DNA of 64,000 nt. Origin: Amoebophrya sp. A120 (taxonomy: Eukaryota > Protista > Dinoflagellata). The first letter of the stretch is position 1. Every line of letters starts with the position of its first letter. The notes under the pieces were generated by a model. That model was given only the letters and a program-made list of their open reading frames with translations, had not been told where the DNA came from and searched no databases. A program made the position numbers and the translations under genes. Shown here one piece after another: positions 10,442 to 20,821 of this stretch. The stretch covers positions 674,722 through 738,721 of the forward strand of contig CAJINV010000017.1 in NCBI GenBank assembly GCA_905178155.1, given 5' to 3'.

Positions 10442-13400
10442 ATGAGGATGAAGCGACTCCTTCTCCTGTGGCCCTTCGCCACGTGGAGCGTGCGCTGCAG
10501 TGGCGAAAAAGTGGTGATGAAGTTCGGCGGGTCTTCACTGAAGGACAGTAAGAAAGTGCTCGAGGTGGCGCAGATTGTCAACGACAAGCAGGAGATGTTG
10601 GACAAAGTCACGAACAAGCCGCACGAGCTGCTCGTTATCTGCTCGGCGATGGGCAAGACCACTGACGCACTGCGCGAACTGTACAAGACTGTGCGTGCGG
10701 AGCGCGATGCCAAGGTGGATCCGGTGAACCTGCTCGCGAGCGGGCTGGGAAACATGAAACTGCATCATGCAGCGGTGAATAATTCCTCGGTAGTTGTGCA
10801 TCTCCAACCTTCAGCAGGAGGAGCAGGGGCTGCTTATCCGGGAGGTCAGCAGGGGAAGAACTTTCTTGCAAGTACAGCGCCGAAGTATGCTCCCGCAGGA
10901 GAAACCACGACGCCAGAAACTTCTACCCCGGAGCCGAAATACCTGGCCCTGTTCCGCCAGATTGTGCGTTCGCACAAGCAAATTTTTGACGAAATCAAGG
11001 CCCACGCCATCGAGAAGGCCCTGGCGGAGATCGAGAGCACCTCGTCACAGGAAAATCTCTTGTGCCGCAGCGACACCAGCAACAGTGCCTTCGACGATTG
11101 CAGTGCGTGCTCCCCACCTGCTTCCAGGCCGGGGGAACAAGGGGCGCCAGAACTACAGGGCGGTCATCCTCGTGAGGCTCCGTCAACCCCCTCCCGGCAG
11201 CTGGACCTAAGAAAGCAGCGGCGCGCGGACAAGCTGGCGCAGTGCTTCGAGAATGCCTGGCAGCGGGACATCGAGAAGCCGCTTCTGCAGAAGCTGGAAA
11301 CCGACCTGCGCGCCTTTTACGAGAGCACACCCTCTAAAGATACTGCTGGGATGATGCAGCAAGAACGTGACTCACAACAAGAGCAAGTCGCTTCATCCCC
11401 TTCCTCATCCGCGCTGAATAGTAACCCGCAGCATTTCTCGAGTGATTACGTGCTCAGTTTCGGCGAGCGCTTGGCCGTGCGGATCGTTGCGCATACCCTG
11501 AGGACGGTGCACCAGCAGAAGCTGGCGGCCGGGTTTGACTCCTGGGCACTCGGGCTCCAGACGACCAGTGGGAATGGGGAATTGGACTCGGTGCATAGTT
11601 CCGCCACAATCGACGACGTAGACCGGGTATCAACTGCAAGTATGTCTGGGACTGGAAGCTTCGGACGCTGAGCGACCCCAGATGGTTCAACCACACCCAA
11701 GGGCTGCCAAGCATGACAAGTCTTTATCGAGCTTTCTCGAACTTGGTAGTGCATAACAAAAAAGCCAGCGGCGTTTTTGCTGCACATGCGACGCAGATTT
11801 TGCAGGCATGCAAGACACGCATCAGAAGTTCCGCCTCTCCAGGCCCAGACATGTTTGCAATGAATACCGGGTGTACCAGAACATCCGCGAAGGACTTGAG
11901 TCGCAAAAAATGAACCTGGAAATATCCTGAGTAAAAACGCACCCATCTTCTTGATCCCATAGTCAAGATCATCAGAACTGGGCATGACAAACCCGGAACT
12001 TTTGGTGCTCATGCATGACAAGTCTGGCTGTGGCTATGCAGTGTAGTCGTGCCTAGCTAGAAGTCTAGCTCCATCACAGCCCTGCTCTCTTGTAGATGAT
12101 ACTGAAAAACGCGGGACAAATTTTCCAACACGACGAGTACTTCTAAAAAACGTTTTGCAATGAGAAACAAATAGCCGCATGAGTGGTGTTCTGGGCAACA
12201 TGCAGATTTACATGAGAATATATGAGTTTGGGGTGGGTACGTTTGTACTCAGGATAGGAAGGCGTTTGCGAGAACTCGCTGGAGGACTGCTCCTCGAAAC
12301 CAGCTTTCATCCCCATTGTCACGGGGTACATCCTATGCATTGCAAATGTCCTCGTGGTTCTCTGTCTGGAAAAGTGATTACTTTGCTCGCATGATCAGCA
12401 CTACAATCTGTGTTGCATCACGTCGAACATTTTTAAAAGCGGTTTTTTTTTTGTTTTGCGAAAATGCAAGTTGTGATCATGCGTTCTAGAAACTCGCTCT
12501 CGCGACCGCGAGAACTCCGCATGTCATGACAGACCCAGATCGATCGATATTTGCAGTTGATGCCTGGCGCGCGACAGCCAGGGCCGCACGACCACGCTCG
12601 GACGCGACGGCAGCGACTTTTCGGCCGCGCTCTTCGGAGCGGCGATCGACGCCAACCGTGTGCAGATTTACAAAGACGTGCCGGGCATCCAGTCCGCGGA
12701 CCCGCGGAGCCTCGGGGAGCACGGGCCGCAGTATCGAATGCAAATGTGTCTGGGTGGCCTGGAAGAAGGCAAGGTCTGTTTATGCTTGCCTGACACGAGA
12801 GAAGCATCTGTCATGCGTATTGCGGTACAACAACAGTTCCTCTCTGTTTATCATGCAAAAATGCATTGCGGTCGCGGTGCGGTCTACTACGCAAAACGTA
12901 GGCATAGCAGCTTAAAATCTTCATCTTGTCATGCGTGGCTCAGAAGAGGAGGCTGCTTACGTACCATCCACACTTAGGCATCACAAGTTTCGTCCAGACC
13001 CAGATCGATATTTGCAATGCATACGCAGCGTGTGCGCACCATCCCGTTTCTGACATACGACCAGGCGGCGGAACTTGCGTTGCACGGCGCCACGGTGGTG
13101 CATCCGCGCGCGACTGTACGAGAGTGCACAACTCCTGCTAACCCTCAAAACAAAGATGCTCGCGGACTACAGTAGTACTTTTTGGGTTCCCAAGTTTGTA
13201 GTTATGCAAGGCAGGAGCGGTATGGGGCAGTGGCAGGCAGTCCGCATTTCCCAGCATGACAAACGAGGGGGACGAGTTGTGTACTCTCATAGACCGACCC
13301 GCTGCGAGCTAAGGGGATTCCGCTGGAGGTGCGCGGGACCAGTGACCCCTTCAACGACGCCACCTTTACGACCATCGGCCGCACCGCCCCGTCCGCGCTG

Positions 13401-14033
13401 AACGGCGAGCTAGCGGCCAGTTTGGACGACCAGGAGCGCACGGCGCCGGAACTCAGCAGCAGTGCAGGAACTACGCCTACCGCAGGCAAGAGCGGCGGGG
13501 TCGCTGCAGATGAAACGAGCCCCGGGGTGCTGGCGATCACCTGGAATGACAAGGCCCGCTTGATCCGCGTGGAGAGCTCCGAGATGGTAGGGGCGTCCGG
13601 CTTTCTGTCCGAAGTGTTCGGGGTCTTCAAGGAGTTCGGGATTTCGCTGGACGTGGTCGGTACGTCGACCAGTTCGGTCTCCATGACCACCGACGGCCTG
13701 CGGGCGGACATTGAGCCGAAACTGGTCGAGGCGCAACAGGTGCTGCAGCAGAAATTCAAGAATGGCGGGCTGATCGAGATCGACAACAACGTGGCCACAC
13801 TGACTTTGATCGTGGCCGACCCCACCAAGGCGGCGGAGGTGATGTGGCAGGTGCAGAAGGTGCTGTGCGAGCACCAGGTGCCGCTGGAAATCGTGACCAA
13901 GGCCAAGTCTCTGCAGCTCACCTTCGTGATCTCCACCAGCAACGGGTCCTGGCGCAAGGCAATCGACGACCTGCACACGCAGTTTGTGGAGGGGAAGCTC
14001 CCGGTGGCAGCTGCGACCACCCTGGAGGGGTGA
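10442..14033 (+). CDS. lysC: Aspartate kinase with ACT domains; exons 10442-11626, 11871-11921, 12261-12332, 12567-12730, 13028-13115, 13296-14033
   Basis: VMKFGGSS, VICSAMGKTTD, DYVLSFGERL; after removing five introners: IPIVTGYIARDSQGRTTTLGRDGSD, IYKDVPGIQSADPR, LTYDQAAELALHGATVVHPRATDPLRAKGIP; ACT-like GFLSEVFGVFKEFGISLDVV. Confidence 0.92.
11627..11870. mobile_element. Introner, TIR family 1 (TAT..TGCAA.TATGTCTGGG.CTGGA), ends GT..GG, 244 nt
   Basis: DR CCGG|G on both sides; left tatcaactgcaagtatgtctgggactgga pairs with right tccaggcccagacatgtttgcaatgaata; removal gives DVDR-VYQNIR. Confidence 0.85.
11922..12260. mobile_element. Introner, TIR TATCCTGAGTA.AAACG.ACCCA, ends AT..AA, 339 nt
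   Basis: 23-nt TIR with 2 mismatches; DR GGAA|A vs GGAA|G; removal gives MNLE-GVCEN. Confidence 0.85.
12333..12566. mobile_element. Degenerate introner (family-1-like), ends CT..TG, 234 nt
   Basis: Left tatgcattgcaaat, right atttgcagttgatg; DR decayed (CATC|C vs CCTG|G); the rule gives the AK-consensus TGYI-ARD. Confidence 0.75.
12731..13027. mobile_element. Introner, family 1, ends GT..CA, 297 nt
   Basis: Perfect DR CGCA|G; tatcgaatgcaaatgtgtctggg / cccagatcgatatttgcaatgcata; removal gives GPQ-RVRTIPFLTYD. Confidence 0.88.
13116..13295. mobile_element. Introner, TIR family 2 (TATGAGAGTGCACAACTC), ends GT..CC, 180 nt
   Basis: tacgagagtgcacaactc / gagttgtgtactctcata; DR GACT|G vs GACC|G; removal gives HPRAT-DPLR. 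Confidence 0.88.
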
Positions 14034-15419
14034 GCTGGGGGGCGCGGGGGTGGAGAGTTCTTTTCGATTTTTTCTATTTCGGGGAAAGAGCAGTTGTACT
14101 TCGGTACGTTTATGACGACCATGGCAGCAACAAGAAAAGAATTTGTGGCGGACGCACGACGGGGCGTCGACAATCATACGAGAATACAACCGGTAACAAG
14201 TACTTCTACTTCAAAGTCATAGGTTATATCGGACGGGTCAGGAGGAAAAAAAAGATGGCCGTGTGCGTGGTGCTCCTGTGAGGAGTGCGACATCTTCCTG
14301 CAGGAATGGCGGTACGACCTGTGTGACGCTATGTTTTTCTATTTCGACTGAGGATTATGGCGAGAACGTGAACGGAACTAGAACGAGATGCACATCATTT
14401 TTACTGCACCCGAAAGAAGGTAGAAGACTCAGAGAATACTGCCCGAAGACAACTCACTAGTAAAGACAAAGATTCTTATACATCATCGAAGAAGTAAGTA
14501 CTCTATTCGTCCATTTGCATTTCCTTCCAAGAATATTGTACAAGATAGTTGCAGTCTAGCCACTCTATTTGGTACGTGTTTAAGCTTTCTTTATTTCTGC
14601 AGGATGAAACACAAGATGAGATCTTTATCCTTTGATAGACACCTGGACCTGATATGATTCAGGTTATTGCGTCTGCAGCGAATGAGGTAAAAACAAAACG
14701 CCGATGATTTTTTAACGCAGCTGCTGGTGACGGATTCTCCGGGCTTGGCGTGGTCCAAGAGCACGAGAAGGAGAATTTTCTGCAACGGAAAAAAAACGAA
14801 CATTTTGCTTTGCACTGTAATAAGTATACTAACCGTGGTCCTCTCGTGAAGTGCCTTTCCGGCACTACTTAATAGATATACGCGGCAGCGGCCTGTGCTG
14901 ACGTCCTTTCCGTTTTCTTGAAGGAAACATTTCAAAGAACAGACTCCCTCTACGTGCGAATGAGTCAGCATTGAGGATCAGGAACACGGTAGGTACAAGA
15001 ACGAGATCATCGAATTTTTGCTCCTGCAGCTGCGGCGTACTAGACCAGAAAACAATTTACATCACTCATTTACCCAAGGATTAGCAAGACGAAGGGTCTT
15101 AGGCTTGGAAGTACTGCATTCGTTTTCTATCCACATGCATCGAATCAAATCGTTCCGAGGTTTTCGCAACAGGTAATCTGGGGTTGTGGACCAGCGTTTA
15201 ATGGCACTTCTTCACTTGATGTCGTCACAATACCACTCCACTTTCTTTATCATCCCGCGGCTGCTGCTAGTATCCGTAGGAAATGCGAGTTGTAGGCGGC
15301 ACAGGATCGTTATCGTTAACGCGCTCGTGAATTTGCATTGTTGTGCGCTTTCAATCTTCGATACTAACTTACGGTAGGGTGGAAGCGGAACTATTTACAC
15401 GAACAGGATCCAAATAATA

Positions 15420-18400
15420 ATGGCGGTGTTGGCTTTGTTTTACGTCGCTCTGCTGCAGTATGGGAGTGCACAACTATCTCGCGATCCCCTCATTTAACAT
15501 GGATTTCTAGCAACACCAACAGCAACTAGCGGTAGCGACATGAAGGATGTCGATGTACTCACTTAGCTGCTGCATGACGAACCCGAGCCCCGACGGTTCT
15601 GCGCTTTGGGCTTCTGGGACTTGTCATGCAAACACGGAAAGAAGGTGAAGGAGAAGGACGAGGAGGTTCCGTATCCGTTCGGGCAGCAGGATTTGGCATT
15701 TTGCATGACAGAAGGAGATGTGGGGGAGTTGTGCACTTTGATACGCAGGAGTTGTGGCAAGGGGGAGGCTGCTCCTCCGTGCCGCTCGAGCAACGGGACC
15801 ACCCTTCCACTTCCACGTGGCGACCGACTCCCATACGCATCTTCGGAATTCCGAAAAGAGCCCTGGAGAGGGACCAGCAGAGAAGTCATCGTGCTACACT
15901 GGTCAACAACCCTGTAGTTGTTTCTGACGTGCCTCGAGCAGCAGACCACCATGGAGTTTTTACAAACGACCGGATCGTCGAGCTGACTTCCAAGTACCCA
16001 TGGCTGCGGGACCTGTTATTCCAGGAGAGGCGGCATTTTTTTTTCCCGAAAAACCATTCCGGAAGGGATGCAGGAGCTTCCGTCGCCTGGTGCAACGCGG
16101 ACATTGCAGAAAGTTGTAAGGTATTCAGTTATAACCATGGTCGAAGGCGACCACTGGTGCAGCGAAAGCCTGGTGTCGCGCCCGTGCCGTACAGTTTCGG
16201 CAACGATACTACAGACCAGCAACAGCCTATCGTCCGCGTGGAACTCAAACTCAACGCGCAGAAAAGGGAGCTTCTTTTAGCGGTCAAGAGGAGGAGCGCA
16301 GCATCGTCTAGTTATTTGCTAGTCGCTGAGGGGACCGAGGAGGGAGAAAACAGAGACAAATCGCCGGTCGAGGATTTACTTCAGGCGCAGGCTGCATCTC
16401 TTCGTGCCGGCGCTTCTGCGCCTGCCTCGACAGAAGATGTTGAGGGGTCAAGCGGCCGCTACCAGAACCTCTGGGGCGCGAAGTTCGATGCTCGCACCGG
16501 CGTGTGGCGCTTGCCGCCTCCAAATATTGAAAAAGAGAGAGGCGCAGCGGATTCGTCGTCTCGACAAACCCGACAAGCTCGCGGTAACTGGGAGATACAG
16601 ATCGACGGTGACGTGAGCTCCTTTGCGGATGAAGCGCTTCGGCGAAAATTTTGGATATCAATACAAACATAGTCTGAGGCATCTGGAAGGGTCTTGCGCG
16701 CGGTTCTCATGCATCCATTGGATCAAATTCAAAGTCAAACAGATGCGCATAACAAGTTGTGCTCAGGCCACCTCTTGATGATGATAATGCCTGTCCCGAA
16801 GGAATCACAAAACTGGGTAGTTGCGTATAGTATGTAGTGAGGTCACCGAACGGTTCTAACCAGGGAGTTTTTTTGACATATACCCTCAAAAACGACCGGC
16901 AGTTTTGAAGCGGCCGGAAGCGTTTTTGCACATAAAAAATTTGCACTTATCAAGCGGCCGGGGCTTTGCCGTCAAAGAAGCCCGAGCGGATTGTATCGAT
17001 TCGCACTTGATAAAACGATGCAGGGGAGCCGGCGAAAGGGGCGCCCTTCCGAGGCGCCCACCGCCTTAGTTTCTGGCGATTTGGGACGCCCAAAAGGGCG
17101 CCCGAAAAAAAGGCGCCCAAAATCAAAACAGCGAAACAGCATGGCACGGCCGCGATTTCGAAGCATTTTGGAAGGCCGCGAAAGCGGCCGCCTTTTCGCC
17201 GGTTTCACAGCCTGGGAAGCTTTGCAAAAAGCGCCGGCTGGAAAAATAAAAACACAAAACAGAAAAAGCGCGCCAGACGCGCAAAGCCAATCCGCATGGT
17301 ATGGGCCCGATTTTTCTCAGGTTTTTGGGCGCCCCTCGAGGCGCCCGGATCGGCCCCATAGCATGGGGGCTGGCTTTCGGAAAGCAATTTCGGAAATTCG
17401 CCAAAATTTGCGACGTTTATCAAGCGGCCGCCATACCGTGCGGCCTAACGTTACTCACGGCGGTATGGCGATCCCAGAAAAAGCAAAGCCACGGCCAAGG
17501 CGACGGCCGGCAAGAAAACGCCCACGACCTCACTACCTCCGCCCCGGCGGCTATATTTGGTATGTATGTAGCAAGAAACGCACAACTTTTGCTGGCGCTC
17601 GTGCGAAATAGATATTGGATCTGGGGCCCAGGATCTTCTGCATAATTACTTTCCAGACCTGCCCATGCCTATTTGCAATGCATGTCGCAGCTTCGTTGCG
17701 GATTTTGGGTACCAGACCGGAGTGGACGAAGAGGACCAGATCGCCGAGGTGCCGCCTCTGAATTTTTTGCGTAAACTTTTCCTCGAGAGCCCGCAAGTTG
17801 TACCGCGACTGGATGCCAAAGAAGTTTTCCTCGAATATGAGGTAACGGCTCACAGACCGGAGGTCGGTCGTGTCGGGGTCGAGGTCGAGTCGCCGCACCG
17901 GAAGCGGCCAACGACCCTGCATGAGGCGTTCCTGAAGGCAAACGGCTACGAGTCCGCCTCGCGATGGGCGGGCAACCGCGCAAACTTCTGGACGAGCCGG
18001 ATCGACGTTGAGGAGCTGCAATTGAAGCAGCAGCCGAGCGTACTGAAGTGCGCGATTGATCACGTTGGAGAAATGGTCCACGAAACAACGACCTCGGAAG
18101 GGAGGCTGCGCCGGTGGCGAAAGCGCGACGACTTTGGAGGTAATATCGCCACAGAAGTAGATTATAGTACAGCAGATGGAGGTCGTGACACCAGCAAGCC
18201 GCAACTCACTTACTCGAAACTGCTACTGATTGAGTACGTGAATTATGTGCAGAGAAAAACCAACGGGAAGAAAATCTTTCCGGACATCTACCGGTGGTAC
18301 TGGACAGACCGCCTAACAGCAGGTAGCGACAACAACGAAAGCGAAGACGATGAAGCGGCACGAGGTAGTAGCTCCAAGAAGGCTGTTTACCTCTGTCTCG

Positions 18401-20013
18401 AAATGGAAAGGATCGACACGACGTTGGCCAAACTGCCGCTCGAGCACGCGATTGAGGCACAGGCGCGACGGACACGGCCGCGCGACCAGTCTGCTCCCGG
18501 CTCTGGTACAACTCCGACAGACGCTGGTGGCGACGCTCCTCGATTTTTGACGTCGCGCGAGGAGAGCCTACTTGTTGAGCAACATGCCCCAGTCCTTCTG
18601 CGGACGCTCAACGCGCTGCGCGCGACGAAACATGAGGGGGCGGCGCGGACATCAGGCATATTTGCGGGCGCCACGGTGCGGGACGCCGCGATGTCGGTCG
18701 TGTTTCGACCAGTTGAGGAAGAAATGGAAGAAGAGGGCCTTTTCGACGACGTGGCGGCTCCTACAATCCCAATCGCCACTGGAGGTCGCACAGAGGATTT
18801 TTATGTTGAAGACTCGCCGGCACGTCGCAATGCGTACCTGCACGCGATGTGTGTGCAACTTTCGACGCAAGCAGCGCGTTGCTCGGACGACGACAGCTTC
18901 CTCGCTTCGTTTGCCGACCGCACTACGACAGACTTTTCGCTGAAGAACCTGCGCGGCGGGGCGATCGCGTTCTTCTCGGATCCGGAGGATTTCGGGGACT
19001 CATCCTGGGTAAACGAACTCGGCACGAGATTGCAGTTCTCCGAGGCGGACTGGCTGTCCTCGCGATTGCGCGCGCAACTGGTAGCTGGCCTCGCGCAAGA
19101 GCGGGAGAGATTGGCCGCGGCCTGGGTGCGGTTTCTCCGCACGGACGGCGAGAACTTGGTGGAAGCAATTCGCTTTTATGACGATGCAGTTCCAGTAGAT
19201 GCAGAAGATCAAGATGTGGCTATAGCCGCTGCTGCCGTTGGGGCGCGGCTCGTCACCGGAATCGTTGAGGCGCAGGACAAACTGCGTCCGACCAGCTCGA
19301 GTCCTGCTACTAGACAAGCGGTGGATGCTTTCTTAGCGGACGGGAGAGTGTCGGTGAGACAAGTGCTGGAACAGCACGAAATTTTGTATGACGACTACAG
19401 CCCGGAGAATTGGGCCGTCGCAGTAGATGCGGCGGACGGCGCGCCGAGAGATATTCTGCTGATCGACGTGGCGTCTGTTGATTTTTTCCCCCCGACTTCC
19501 ACCCCGCGAGAGCGATTTTTCGAAACGGAGAACGAACGGGCGCTGGCGCGAGAGAAATACAAGAGTTTGACGCAGCGAAAATGGGAGGGCACGCTGCTGA
19601 GAAATCGCAAGCACGAGTTTGACCCACCGCTTGTTGAGGAGTTCGTCGGAGTTCTTGTAGAACCTGAAGTGGAACAGGCACAAAGCGGCACTGCGGATGA
19701 GAGTCAGGAGTTAGAGTCCGGTTATTCATCATTCCTAGGAGGTTCTTCAGGACGAGGACCTGCGGTGGGGGAAAGCGAACGAACGGAAAGCAAAGAAGAA
19801 GCCTTGTTAAACCCATCCGAAACGGAGCTGGCCGCGGGCTTGTGGGATGCGATTTACGCGTACGGGTGGACGCGAAACAGCCTCGGGGCCCCGGACTTCG
19901 AGGAAGCAATCAGAGCCCTCGTGGCGTTCAGCAGTGCGGTCCATAAAGCACTAGCCCGTGTGGAAATGCCGGGCTACAGCAGGGTAAGTGGTCGTGACCC
20001 TACTGTTCTTTAG
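15420..20013 (+). CDS. Signal-peptide-bearing protein of about 1089 aa with a divergent protein-kinase-like C-terminal region; exons 15420-15457, 15748-16654, 17689-20013 (possibly to 20115 via a 30-nt intron)
   Basis: Removing two introners fuses ORFs 15626 and 17665: MAVLALFYVALLQ-ELWQGG...ALRRKFW-SFVADFG; kinase-like motifs VLKC, KLLLIEY, FPDIY, LEMERID, LYDDYSPENW, ILLIDVA. Confidence 0.65.
15458..15747. mobile_element. Introner, family 2, ends GT..CA, 290 nt
   Basis: tatgggagtgcacaact / agttgtgcactttgata; DR TGCA|G vs CGCA|G. Confidence 0.8.
16655..17688. mobile_element. Degenerate family-1 introner enlarged to 1034 nt by a nested insertion, ends AT..GC
   Basis: Left tatcaatacaaacatagtctgaggcatctggaa aligns with the reverse complement of right ttccagacctgcccatgcctatttgcaatgcatg; DR TTGG|A vs TCGC|A; removal is in frame. 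Confidence 0.7.
16834..17536. mobile_element. Candidate non-autonomous TIR element (MITE-like) nested inside the introner
   Basis: Perfect 11-bp IR GTAGTGAGGTC (16834-16844) / GACCTCACTAC (17526-17536) with gapped inward extension; internal repeats TTATCAAGCGGCCG (16947, 17417) and several GGCGCCC; composition differs from flanks. No clean TSD. Confidence 0.55.
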
Positions 20014-20127
20014 ATTCTCATGGCTCCACACCTTATTGCGCTAGAAAAGCAGGAACCAAGCTCCAACTCCAAGACCGTCAAGCTGAAGAACGCTGGAACA
20101 CGGATACAAGAATGAACGGTAACGCTG

Positions 20128-20168
20128 ACGTGCAATGAGACAGTCTGCACGTGCAATGAGACAGTCTG
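20128..20168. repeat. Two-copy tandem repeat of a 21-nt unit ACGTGCAATGAGACAGTCTG(C)
   Basis: Directly visible. Confidence 0.8.
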
Positions 20169-20821
20169 AAACAAAATAGACTGCAAGCACTTACACATAG
20201 ATTCATGTTCTTGTCATACCGCGCAAAAGCCCGAGAAAGGTATTCTCTCGTTTTGTTTCGGTCTCGTTCATCTCTCTCGTGTTGTGGGTGTAATTTTATC
20301 GGGCAAGGATCGTCAGTGACCCGCCATTCACTCTTATTGTTTCGTTTTCGTCCGCAAGAAACAAGTGCTCGTCCATTCTTGTGACCGTGTCGCTGTGGAT
20401 TTCGTAACGTACGCGGCAAGTGTTTCCTCGTTTGATACATCATAATTCTGCTATTCGTGCAACTCAGTCTTCCTCGTTCTTGACTAGGTAAGTATTCGCC
20501 TCCCGTGAAAGTGAAAATGCAGACCGATGCGATGTGCTGGCTGAAGATCTGTGACAGGTTTGCTTTTGGTTTCTCGACGACCCCGGTGAAGTGTATTCGT
20601 TCTCTTAAGTAAGACCTCCGTTTTCGGACGCGAATCCTTTTGGCATTTTCTCGGATGAATTTTCTGCGGAAGCGGGGATGCCGTCGATTTTGAGCCCCTA
20701 TTTGAACTCGTCAAGTCTCACATTGTAATCAATCGTTGCTTATCCCCATGCGACAAGCATTCGCGTGATGTACTGAATATCAAGCATTTCCCCGACAAAC
20801 CAAGAAAAGTTGTCCCCCATC

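Noticed and set aside
10442-14033. Aspartate kinase, VAMP7 copies and BMT5 as frameshifted pseudogenes, or stop-codon readthrough / alternative genetic code
   Set aside because: All interruptions are explained by TIR/DR-bounded or GT-AG introns that restore intact motifs; no in-frame stops remain in the exons.
16834-17536. CACTA-superfamily assignment for the nested element
   Set aside because: CACTAC and GTAGTG are in the wrong order for CACTA termini, and no 2-3 bp TSD is evident.
16991-17611. 206-aa Arg/Pro-rich ORF as a gene or transposase
   Set aside because: TTG start, no recognisable motif, and it lies in the repetitive nested insert inside an intron; most likely a chance ORF.
17665-17688. 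ATG at 17665 as the start of an independent 782-aa gene
   Set aside because: It lies inside the right TIR of a family-1 introner, and the ORF joins the upstream exon in frame.
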